Part shown: piece by piece, positions 51,960 through 62,356 of the stretch
Numbering within the stretch: the first letter of the stretch is position 1
Layout of the letters: each line of letters starts with the position of its first letter
Origin: Mobula hypostoma
Taxonomy: Eukaryota
Assembly: GCF_963921235.1 (NCBI RefSeq)
Contig: NC_086109.1
Coordinates: 6,388,001-6,452,000 of the forward strand
Direction of reading: 5' to 3'
Length of the DNA stretch: 64,000 nucleotides
Translations under genes and position numbers: made by a program
The notes under the pieces: model-generated
Seen by the model: the letters and a program-made list of their open reading frames with translations, nothing else
The model's database searches: none
What the model was told of the DNA's origin: nothing

Positions 51960-52562
51960 CCCTCCCCAGTTCCCCCGCCGCTCCCTCTCCGCGGTGCATG
52001 GGCTCCCTCCCGGGACGCTCCCTCTCCGCGGTGCGCGGGCTCCCTCCCGGGGCGCTCCCTCTCTTCCTTGCGAGTACCCTGAGGCGCTGGCGGCGATTGA
52101 CAAGAGGTTCAACCAATTGGAACGCGCATCGACGACGGCTGGGTTAAAGCCCCGCCCTATACACACAACGACAGACAGCAGAAATCTCCGCCCCGGAACC
52201 ATAGCGTGACCAATAGGAGCGGGAGGCGGGAAGGGCGATAAACCCAGTCCCTGAACCACAAGATGCCCAATGGGAGCGAGAGGCGGGAAGGATTATGACC
52301 CGCCTCAGAATCACAGGGTGACAAATCGGAACGTGCGGCGGTGGAATTGCCCCCGCCCCAGATGCATAGGGTGACCAATAGAAACACGGATCTAGGAGAG
52401 GACCCCGCCTCGCAGCCTCTGGACAGCCAATCACCAAACGGATAGGCGTGATCAGGCCGCACGTTCGCAGGCTCCGGTAGAGGCCGCGCTCCCTGACCTG
52501 TTGTTCCTCATCGCCTTGTCCCTCTCCATCTGTGCGGCCTCGCAAGTCACCTGCCGCCCAGG
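51960..52562 (+). promoter_or_regulatory. PSMA5 CpG-island promoter/5'UTR with multiple CCAAT and GC boxes
   Basis: CCAAT at 52113, 52210, 52267, 52375, 52427; several CCCGCC boxes; high CpG density. Confidence 0.8.
51979..52063. repeat. 37-bp GC-rich tandem repeat, ~2.3 copies
   Basis: cgctccctctccgcggtgc..gggctccctcccggg starts at 51979 and 52016, with a partial third copy at 52053. Confidence 0.85.
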
Positions 52563-52591
52563 ATGTTTATCATCAGGTCCGAGTACGACAG
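52563..52591 (+). CDS. PSMA5: Proteasome subunit alpha type-5, coding exon 1 (MFIIRSEYD + AG)
   Basis: ATGTTTATCATCAGGTCCGAGTACGACAG|GTGAGT in a CpG island; 29 nt; splices in frame to exon 2 giving [32 protein letters not shown]. Confidence 0.93.
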
Positions 52592-52836
52592 GTGAGTCTC
52601 GCCTTCCCGCTGCCGCACGTTGCGCCGAGGGCACATCAGCCATCCCCCGTCAATCGGGCCTGGACCCGGGGCCTCGGCTGTTGTTGCTGTTATGTCCCGC
52701 ACCTGGGCCTGGGGCCTGGGTCCCGGGTCCTCGCTCGTTCGCGTCACGGTGCTTTGGTCTCCGGCCGCCGGGTCGGTCTCGGGCCTCGGGCCTTTTAACA
52801 AAGGACAAGGTTTCATTTTCATATTCAAGCCGGGGC

Positions 52837-52847
52837 TGCTGAGTCAC
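52837..52847 (-). promoter_or_regulatory. Antioxidant response element (CNC-sMaf / NFE2L1-NFE2L2 site) in PSMA5 intron 1
   Basis: TGCTGAGTCAC on plus = GTGACTCAGCA on minus, exact ARE/NF-E2 consensus, inside the CpG island. Confidence 0.6.
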
Positions 52848-53099
52848 GGCGCCGGTTCCGGGGCTGGGCCTGGAAACGGGCTGAGGCGCCGAGTCGGCAA
52901 CCAGTTCAGTTTAGCAATTTGCAAGTGTGGTGCTCTCGTTGTTGTGAGACTGTTGAACGGGCCTCTCGAACGATAAGACTGATTCTTGACTAAACAATCT
53001 ACCTGATGAATTGATGGAGCCATACAGATGCTTTGATCTGCATAGCTATATAAAGATTAACCACTCATTACATGTGACAATAATCAACCATATTTAAGT

Positions 53100-53745
53100 C
53101 AGTGAAGGTTCTCAGTCATTCAGGCCATTGTATATCAAGCAGCAGTAAATCAAGACAACTGGTAGAGGCAACGAGAGGGTCATTAGTCTTATCTTTGCGT
53201 GACTGGAGGTGTGAACTGTTGTGGAGACGCCGGGGTAGAGATGCACTGTCGTACCCCACGCCCTCTATACTCCACTCCACTTCACTCCACCCCACAAACA
53301 AATGTCCCAACATAGGAGGGCTAATAGCTCAGGTCAAGTCTCGGCTTGTATTTACAACTAAAGCATTGTTATCGTTTGGTAACAATGTGCACATTTTGGA
53401 CGGGAGGATATGTGGTTTAAAAGAGGAGTTAAAGAAGCTATCTTTGTCATACTGGAAAACCTGTCCCTGAACAGGTGGAGTACGACACTACCTATCAGCT
53501 ACTTACAGTACAATCCTAACATCTCTACCCCAGTGTCTCCACGACAGTTCACACCTCCATTCCTGCAAAGATAAGACTAATGACCCTCTCATTACCTCTG
53601 CGACCCTCATGTGATTGCTGTACTTTTAAACTGCTCAGTTTATAAGCCGCAAAACTACCCACCATGGATCAGAACTGAAGAAGCCTCTCAGGTGAGTGGC
53701 AAAACTCATCAAGGCCAGTTGCCTTAATTTACTACTGCTTGATTA
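53100..53745 (+). mobile_element. Second Penelope-like family (Poseidon-type) 3' fragment with inverted pLTR
   Basis: Frameshifted translation resembling VHILD...WFKRGVKEAIFV.LE..SLNR; 53173-53242 is the reverse complement of 53520-53590 and 53135-53162 of 53715-53742; degenerate CTGAAGAAGCCTCT core at ~53675. Confidence 0.7.
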
Positions 53746-53759
53746 AACCATCTATAACC

Positions 53760-56268
53760 CAAACATCCCACCTCTCCCTGAAGTTCTGGGAGTCTCCAGC
53801 AAATTAATAGTGGCTCTCTGATGCCTGCAAATTATATACAATAACCCTGAAATCAATTTTTTGAGAGCAAGAGTGACCACGAGAGAGAGAGTGTGCGCCA
53901 TGGCAGAGTGTTCCAAAAAAACCATAGAAACTACAGCACAGAAACAGGCCCTTTGGCCCTTGGCTGTGCCGAACCATTTTCTGCCTAGTCCCACTGACCT
54001 GCACACGGACCATATCCCTCCATACACCTCCCATCCATGTATCTGTCCAATTTATTCTTAAATGTTAAAAAAAACCCGCATTTACCACCTCGTCTGGCAG
54101 CTCATTCCATACTCCCACCACTCTCTGTGTGAAGAAGCCTCCCCTAATGTTCCCTTTAAACTTTTCCCCCCTCACCCTTAACCCATGTCCTCTGGTTTTT
54201 TTTCTCTCCCCTTGCCTCAGTGGAAAAAGCCTGCTTGCATTCATTCTATCTATACCCATCATAATTTTATATACCTCTGTCAAATCTCCCCTCCTTCTTC
54301 TACGCTCCAGGGAATAAAGTCCTAACCTATTCAACCTTTCTCTGTAACTGAGTTTCTCAAGTCCCGGCAACATCCTTGTAAACCTTCTCTGCACTCTTTC
54401 AACCTTATTTATATCCTTCCTGTAATTTGGTGACCAAAACTGAACACAATACTCCAGATTCGGCCTCACCAATGCCTTATACAACCTCATCATAACATTC
54501 CAGCTCTTATACTCAATACTTTGATTAATAAAGGCCAATGTACCAAAAGCTCTCTTTACAACCCTATCTACCTGTGACGACACTTTTAGGGAATTTTGTA
54601 TCTGTATTCTCAGATCCCTCTGTTCCACTGCACTCCTCAGTGCCTTACCATTAAGCCTGTATGTTCTACGTTGGTTTGTCCTTCCAACGTGCAATACCTC
54701 ACACTTGTCAGTATTAATCTCCATCTGCCATTTTTCAGCCCATTTTTCCAGCTGGTCCAAGTCCCTCTGCAGGCTCTGAAAACCTTCCTCACTGTCTACT
54801 ACACCTCCAATCTTTGTATCATCAGCAAACTTGCTGGTCCAATTTATCACATTATCATCCAGATCATTGATATAGATGACAAATAACAATGGACCCAGCA
54901 CTAATCCCTGTGGCACACCACTAGTCACAGGCCTCCACTCAGAGAAGCAATTCTCTACCACCACTCTCTGGCTTCTTCCATCGAGCCAATGTCTAATCCA
55001 ATTTACCACCTCTCCATGTATACCTCGCGACTGAATTTTCCTAACTAACCTCCCATGCGGGACCTTGTCAAAGGCCTTACTGGAGTCCATGTAGACAATA
55101 TCCACTGCCTTCCCTTCATCCACTTTCCTGGTAACCTCCTCAAAAAACTCCAACAGATTGGTCAAACATGACCTACCACGCACAAAGCCATGTTGACTCT
55201 CCCTAATAAGCCCCTGTCTATCCAAATGCTTGTAGATTCTGTGTCTTAGTACTCCCTCCAATAACTTACCTACTACTGACATTAAACTCACCGGCCTATA
55301 ATTTCCCGGATTACTTTTCGATCCTTTTTTAAACAACGGAACAACATGAGCCACTCTCTAATCCTCCGGCACTTCACCCGTAGACAGCGACATTTTAAAT
55401 ATTTCTGCCAGGGCCCCCGCAATTTCAACACTAGTCTCCTTCAAGGTCCGAGGGAACACTCTGTCAGGTCCCGGGGATTTATCCACTTTAATTTTCCTCA
55501 AGACAGCAAGCACCTCCTCCTTTTCAATCTGTTCAGTTTCCATGGTCTCACTACTTGATTCCCTCAATTCCATAGATTTCATGCCAGCTTCCTTAGTAAA
55601 TACAGACGCAAAAAACCTATTTAAGATCTCCCCCATTTCCTTTGGTTCCGCACAAAGCCGACCACTCTGATCTTCAAGAGGACCAATTTTATCCCTTACA
55701 ATCCTTTTGCTCTTAATATACTTGTAAAAGCTCTTTGGCTTATCCTTCACTTTGACTGCCAAGGCAACCTCATGTCTTTTAGCCCTCCTGATTTCTTTCT
55801 TAAGTATTTTCTTGCACTTCTTATACTCCTCAAGCACCTGATTTACCCCCTGTTTCCTATACATTTCATACAACTCCCTCCTCATCTTTATCAGAGTTGC
55901 AATATCCCTTAGAACCAAGGTTCCTTATTCCTATTCATTTTGCCTAAAAAGTATGTCACCCCAGACTACCCTAAAGCGTACCCCTGCCTAATAGGGGTTA
56001 AAAATAATGACAGCGTTGCTCGCTGCACTGTTTACAACAGTGACTTTTCTATTGCCCATGGTGGGTTAAGACTGTAAAAGACACGTTGAGGTGAGTTTAA
56101 CAGGTGTCATTCATTCATTAGCATAGCTAACGTTATTTAAACTAGCTGGCTAGCTGCTAAGGAGCTACTCTATTGCAGACATTCCACCTCTCCCGGAAGT
56201 TCCGGGAGTCTCCCGCAAATTGATGGTGCTACCTCCCTGAAATGAGTTTTTGAAGGGTGGGATGTCTG
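53760..56268. mobile_element. Non-autonomous DNA transposon (TIR CA[A/G]ACATCCCACC) split by the CR1
   Basis: Inverted ends at 53760 and 56268, flanking direct repeat ATAACC (53754-53759, 56269-56274), internal copy of the left end at ~56176. Confidence 0.7.
53922..55945 (-). mobile_element. CR1-clade LINE, 5'-truncated ORF2 (RT) with 3'UTR
   Basis: Same-frame ORFs 55358..55918 and 54065..55354 separated by one TAG at the PEDW position; RT motifs incl. KFADD. Confidence 0.95.
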
Positions 56269-57959
56269 ATAACCAATCCTCACCCACTATAACCACTCCC
56301 AACACATAACACTGGCTCAAGGACAGCTATACTGCTGTTGTAAGACCATCAAATCGACTTGTATGATGTGGATTCTTGGCTTCATGTTCTACCTGGTCAT
56401 GGTCCTTGTATCTTGTTGCCTGTGACTGTTACTGTTTTACTTTGTACTACCTCAATACTCTGTTGTGATGAGTTGATTTGTACGGATAATGTACAAAACA
56501 AAGATTTTTCACTGTACCTTGAAACATGTGACAATAATAAACCAATTCTCTCCCACTTTAACCACTCCTAACACATATCACCAGGGTCAAGAACAGCCTC
56601 TATCCTCCCATTTGGTATGTTAAAAAGGACTCTCTACCTGAAAACATACATGGTTGTGGACTTGAATTTTATTGTCTCCCTGCACACACTTCCTCTCTGA
56701 CTGTTACACTCTTTTCTGCTTTCCTATTTCTTTTCCTTTCATTTTACCTTGATGTAATTGTGTTTGGAATAATCTGACTGAATGTCAGACGAAATGGTTT
56801 TTCACTCTGTTTCAATACGTGTGACAATGTTAAGCTAGTTGCCAGTGCACGTGGTAATGATAAATACAGTGAGTACAAAACAAGTTTTCTGTCCCAGCTC
56901 CATTCCTAGCCACTTTCCATGATGTCCAGGAACCTATCCACCCCTGGTTGGAGTGAACCTCCAGATACCCCAAGCTGGAGAATTCCAAAGCTTCAGGAAT
57001 TTCTCCTTGTCCCAGCTTGTCCCTTCCATTATTCTGCTGAAGCCTCTTTCATATTAGAGAGAGATGCTGCTGTCAGTTGTTGAAAGGTAAACTTTTAATT
57101 GCAAGGACTAATACTCTGAGCTTGAGCTCTATGTTGGAGACACAAGAGATTACAGGTGATGGAATCTGGAGAGGCAAACAGTGTTTCTGGAGGTCGGGCA
57201 GCACCTATAGAGGGAAATGGACAATTCACATTTCAGCACCCCTAGTCTCCATAGTTACTGCTTGACCATAAGACATAGGAGCAGAATTAGACCATTCTGC
57301 CATGGCTGATTTATTATCCCTATCAACCCCATAACCTTTGATATCCTTACCAATCAGGAAACCTATCAACCTCGGTTTTAAATATACCCTAATGACTTGG
57401 CCTCCGTAGCCATCTGTGACAATGAATTCCATAGATTCACCACACTCTTGCTACAGAAATTCTTCCTGATCTCTGTTTTAAAGGGATGTCCCTCAATTGT
57501 GAGGCTGTGCCTTCTGGTCCTCCAACAGTTTTGTTCCTTTTACACGGCACATTGCCTCTTGAGGTGTGAGATGATCAGATTTGTAGAAGACCTTTGATTC
57601 TTCAAGTCCCAAATTCAGTGTGTATCTTCGCACTTGTTAGTCCTGGGGTCATTGCGCAATCCTGTCCTGTTCCAGGATTGGGTAAGGAGTTACCCTGTTT
57701 CAGAGACCCAACCATTAAATCCAAGTTCCACCCATTTTAAGACCATAAAGATATAGGAGCAGAATTAGGCCATTTGGCCCATCGATCTGCTCTGCCATTT
57801 CATCTTGTCTGATCCATTTCCTTCTCAGCCCCAACACCTGTCTTCTCCCTGTATCCCTTCATGCCCTGTGTCTAATCAGGAATGTATCAGCCTCTGCCTT
57901 AAATATACCTTGTGTCTTGGCAATAAATTCCACAGATTCAGCACTCACTGGTGAAATAA

Positions 57960-60382
57960 ATTCCTCCTTGGAATGTATGCGGGATGGTTTTTTGAACCAA
58001 CATGTCGAGGAACCAACTAGAGAGCAGGCTATTCTGGACTGGGTTTTGAGCAATGAGGAAGGGTTAATTAGCAATCTTGTTGTGAGAGGCCCCTTGGGTA
58101 AGAGTGACCATAATATGGCGGAATTCTTCATTAAGATGGAGAGTGACATAGTTAATTCAGAAACAAAGGTTCTGAACTTAAAGAGGGGTAACTTTGAAGG
58201 TATGAGACGTGAATTAGCTAAGATAGACTGGCAAATGACACTTAAAGGATTGACGGTGGATATGCAATGGCAAGCATCTAAAGGTTGCATGGATGAACTA
58301 CAACAATTGTTCATCCCAGTTTGGCAAAAGAATAAATCAAGGAAGGTAGTGCACCCGTGGCTGACAAGAGAAATTAGGGATAGTATCAATTCCAAAGAAG
58401 AAGCATACAAATTAGCCAGAGAAAGTGGCTCACCTGAAGACTGGGAGAAATTCAGAGTTCAGCAGAGGAGGACAAAGGGCTTAATTAGGAAGGGGAAAAA
58501 AGATTATGAGAGAAAACTGGCAGGGAACATAAAAACTGACTGTAAAAGCTTTTATAGATATGTAAAAAGGAAAAGACTGGTAAAGACAAATGTAGGTCCC
58601 CTACAGACAGAAACAGGTGAATTGATTATGGGGAGCAAGGACATGGCAGACCAATTGAATAATTACTTTGGTTCTGTCTTCACTAAGGAGGACATAAATA
58701 ATCTTCCAGAAATAGTATGGGACAGAGGGTCCAGTGAGATGGAGGAACTGAGCGAAATACATGTTAGTAGGGAAGTGGTGTTAGGTAAATTGAAGGGATT
58801 GAAGGCAGATAAATCCCCAGGACCAGATGGTCTGCATCCTAGAGTGCTTAAGGAAGTAGCCCAAGAAATAGTGGATGCATTAGTGATAATTTTTCAAAAC
58901 TCGTTAGATTCTGGACTAGTTCCTGAGGATTGGAGGGTGGCTAATGTAACCCCACTTTTTTAAAAAGGAGGGAGAGAGAAACTGGGGAATTATAGGCCGG
59001 TTAGCCTAACGTCGGTGGTGGGGAAACTGCTGGAGTCAGTTATCAAGGATGTGATAACAGCACATTTGGAAAGCGGTGAAATGATCGGACAAAGTCAGCA
59101 TGGATTTGTGAAAGGAAAATCATGTCTGACGAATCTCATAGAATTTTTTGAGGATGTAACTAGTAGAGTGGATAGGGGAGAACCAGTGGATGTGGTATAT
59201 TTGGATTTTCAAAAGGCTTTTGACAAGGTCCCACACAGGAGATTAGTGTGCAAACTTAAAGCACACGGTATTGGGGGCAAGGTATTGATGTGGATGGAGA
59301 ATTGGTTAGCAGACAGGAAGCAAAGAGTGGGAATAAACGGGACCTTTTCAGAATGGCAGGCGGTGACTAGTGGGGTACCGCAAGGCTCAGTGCTGGGACC
59401 CCAGTTGTTTACAATATATATTTATGACTTGGATGAGGGAATTAAATGCAGCATCTCCAAGTTTGCGGATGACACGAAGCTGGGTGGCAGTGTTAGCTGT
59501 GAGGAGGATGCAGAGTGACTTGGATAGGTTGGGTGAGTGGGCAAATTCATGGCAGATGCAATTTAATGTGGATAAATGTGAAGTTATCCACTTTGGTGGC
59601 AAAAATAGGAAAACAGATTATTATCTGAATGGTGGCCGATTAGGAAAAGGGGAGGTGCAACGAGACCTGGGTGTCATTATACACCAGTCATTGAAAGTGG
59701 GCATGCAGGTACAGCAGGCAGTGAAAAAGGCGAATGGTATGCTGGCATTTATAGCGAGAGGATTCGAGTACAGGAGCAGGGAGGTACTACTGCAGTTGTA
59801 CAAGGCCTTGGTGAGACCACACCTGGAGTATTGTGTGCAGTTTTGGTCCCCTAATCTGAGGAAAGGCATCCTTGCCATAGAGGGAGTACAAAGAAGGTTC
59901 ACCAGATTGATTCTTGGGATGGCAGGACTTTCATATGAAGAAAGACTGGATGAACTGGGCTTGTACTCGTTGGAATTTAGAAGATTGAGGGGGGATCTGA
60001 TTGAAACGTATAAAATCCTAAAGGGATTGGACAGGCTAGATGCAGGAAGATTGTTCCCGATGTTGGGGAAGTCCAGAACAAGGGGTCACAGTTTGAGGAT
60101 AAAGGGGAAGCCTTTTAGGACCGAGATTAGGAAAAACTTCTTCACACAGAGAGTGGTGAATCTGTGGAATTCTCTGCCACAGGAAACAGTTGAGGCCAGT
60201 TCATTGGCTATATTTAAGAGGGAGTTAGATATGGCCCTTGTGGCTACGGGGATCAGGGGGTATGGAGGGAAGGCTGGGGCGGGGTTCTGAGTTGGATGAT
60301 CAGCCATGATCGTAATAAATGGCGGTGCAGGCTCGAAGGGCCGAATGGCCTACACCTGCACCTATTTTCTATGTTTCTATGT
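57960..60382 (+). mobile_element. CR1-clade LINE, 5'-truncated ORF2 (endonuclease end + RT) with 3'UTR
   Basis: [46 protein letters not shown]; nonsense codon at 58961-58963, frameshift near 59510; (TTTCTATG)n tail. Confidence 0.95.
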
Positions 60383-60712
60383 TAATGGACGTCCCTCAAT
60401 TCTGAGGTTTTTGTCTATCATTTTCCTGTTGTAACTTGTTTGCTGCAAAACTACCTCCATTTTCCACTTCATTTGTATAGCATCCTTGATACTGATAGTG
60501 AGCCAGCCAGATCTGGAGTATGATTCCGGCTGATAGTGCACACTTGGACCTTACTCTCCATGAGGGTCTGATCACCAGGCCTCATCTGTAGGGATTTCCA
60601 ATCGGTTTTCAATGATGTCATTGTCTTAGTGATCGTCAACTCTGCTGCCCATGGCTAAGGCTGGAGATGCCATTGGAATGGACCTGTTGGTTAGCTTTAT
60701 TTGTCAGATGTA

Positions 60713-62039
60713 CAGGTGGCCCCCGTTTTCTGAACGTTCACTTTACGACACCTCGCTGTTACGAAAGACCCACATTAGTTACCTGTTTTCTCTAACAGTT
60801 GTTTTCACTGTTACGAAAAAAGGCAGCGTGCACACGTGCAGCCAAGCTCCTCCCCAGAACTACGTTCTAGCCTGCATTGCTTAAGCACGTGCTTTATCTC
60901 GATTTATTTTGTGCATCTGTTAGCAAGATGAGTTCTAAGGTATTGGAAAAGCATAAAAGAGCTTGTAAGGGTGTTGCACTTAGCGTAAAACTAGACATAA
61001 ATAAGCGTTTCGATCGTGGTGAACGAAGTAAGGACATTGTCCGCGTGTTGAACTTGCCTGCGTCCACCATTCGCACTGTTTATACTCAGAGAGAAAGAAT
61101 TTTGAAAGCTGCCGATGTTACTGTTGGTTCTGCTCGTAGCAACGTGGTCTCTCTTAGTCGGCATCCAATAATGGATAAAATGGAAAGTCTATTGCTTGAG
61201 TGGATTGATGGGTGTACAAAGCGTGGTGTTCCGTTAAGTTTTCTTATACTTAAGGAGAAATCAGTCAGTCTTTTTAATAAGCTGAAACAGAAAGCACTGG
61301 ACATTGGTGATGAAAGTGGAATTTAAAGGTAGTCATGGGTGGTTTGATCGGTTTCTTAGGTAAGGGCAGCTTCATAGTTTAAGCAATGGTCCCCAACCTC
61401 TGGGCCGTGAACCGATACATTGCCGCGAAGAATGCAGCGGTAGTTGAAACGCACCCAGCACATCTTTAAGAAAAAAGCTTAAGTAACCAAGCTGATTAAT
61501 TAGGTGCCGCCCGGCACGTAAATGTCAGCCCAGATCAGAGGCGATTGCCGATTGTGTCAGGTGGTTATTCGTATAAGCAAGTGTTTAACTGTGACGAAGC
61601 TGCAATTTATTAGTCTTCCCGATTCAGATAAGTGAAACTACACTGTACGTACATTATTTCTACTGTATATAGGCTGTGTATTTTTATATGTTATTTGGTA
61701 TGATTTGGCAGCTTCATAGCTTAAAGGTTACTAGAGAGAGTGTTTCTGCCGAGAGTGCTTCCGCGAGATTTTCGCTGCGCCAGACAGTGCGGCAGAGAAG
61801 TATTTCTACTTCATATAGGCTGTGTATTTATCATATAATTCCTGCTTTTACTATATGTTGCTGTTATTTTAGGTTTTATGTGTTATTTGGCATGATCTTG
61901 TAGGTTATTTTTTGGGTCTGGGAACGCTCAAAATTTTTTCCCATATTAATAAATGGTAATTGCTTATTCACTTTACAACATTCCGGCTTACGAACCGTTT
62001 CATAGGAACGCTCTACCTTCGGATAGCGGGGGAAACCTG
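60713..62039 (+). mobile_element. Tigger/pogo DNA transposon, internally deleted
   Basis: Imperfect ~25-bp TIRs (CAGGTGGCCCCCGTTTTCTGAACGT / CAGGTTTCCCCCGCTATCCGAAGGT); TA TSD at 60711-60712 and 62040-62041; ORF encodes CENP-B-type HTH, then frameshifted EFKGSHGWFDRF; no DDE domain seen. Confidence 0.9.
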
Positions 62040-62356
62040 TACATTGAAACGTAGTAAAATGCATCAATGTGCAACACAGTCCAAGGACATGCTGGGGGCA
62101 CTCCATGGGAATGTGGCCATGCTTCCATCAGCAACATAGCATGCCTGCAACTTATAACCCCAACCAGAACTGTAGGTCTTTGAAATGGGGGAGGAAACTG
62201 GAGCACCCAGAGGAAACCCACGTGTTCACGGAGAGAACGTGCAAACTCCTTGCAGACAGCAGCGGGCGTTGAACCCTGATCTGTGATTGCTGGCACTGTG
62301 ACGTGATTGCACTGACTGCTGTGCTATCATCCCACCCGCTTTAGTTCAACCAATCA

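Noticed and set aside
51554..52976. Cluster of 60-200 aa ORFs around the PSMA5 start
   Set aside because: CpG-island artefacts; the real coding part is the 29-nt exon
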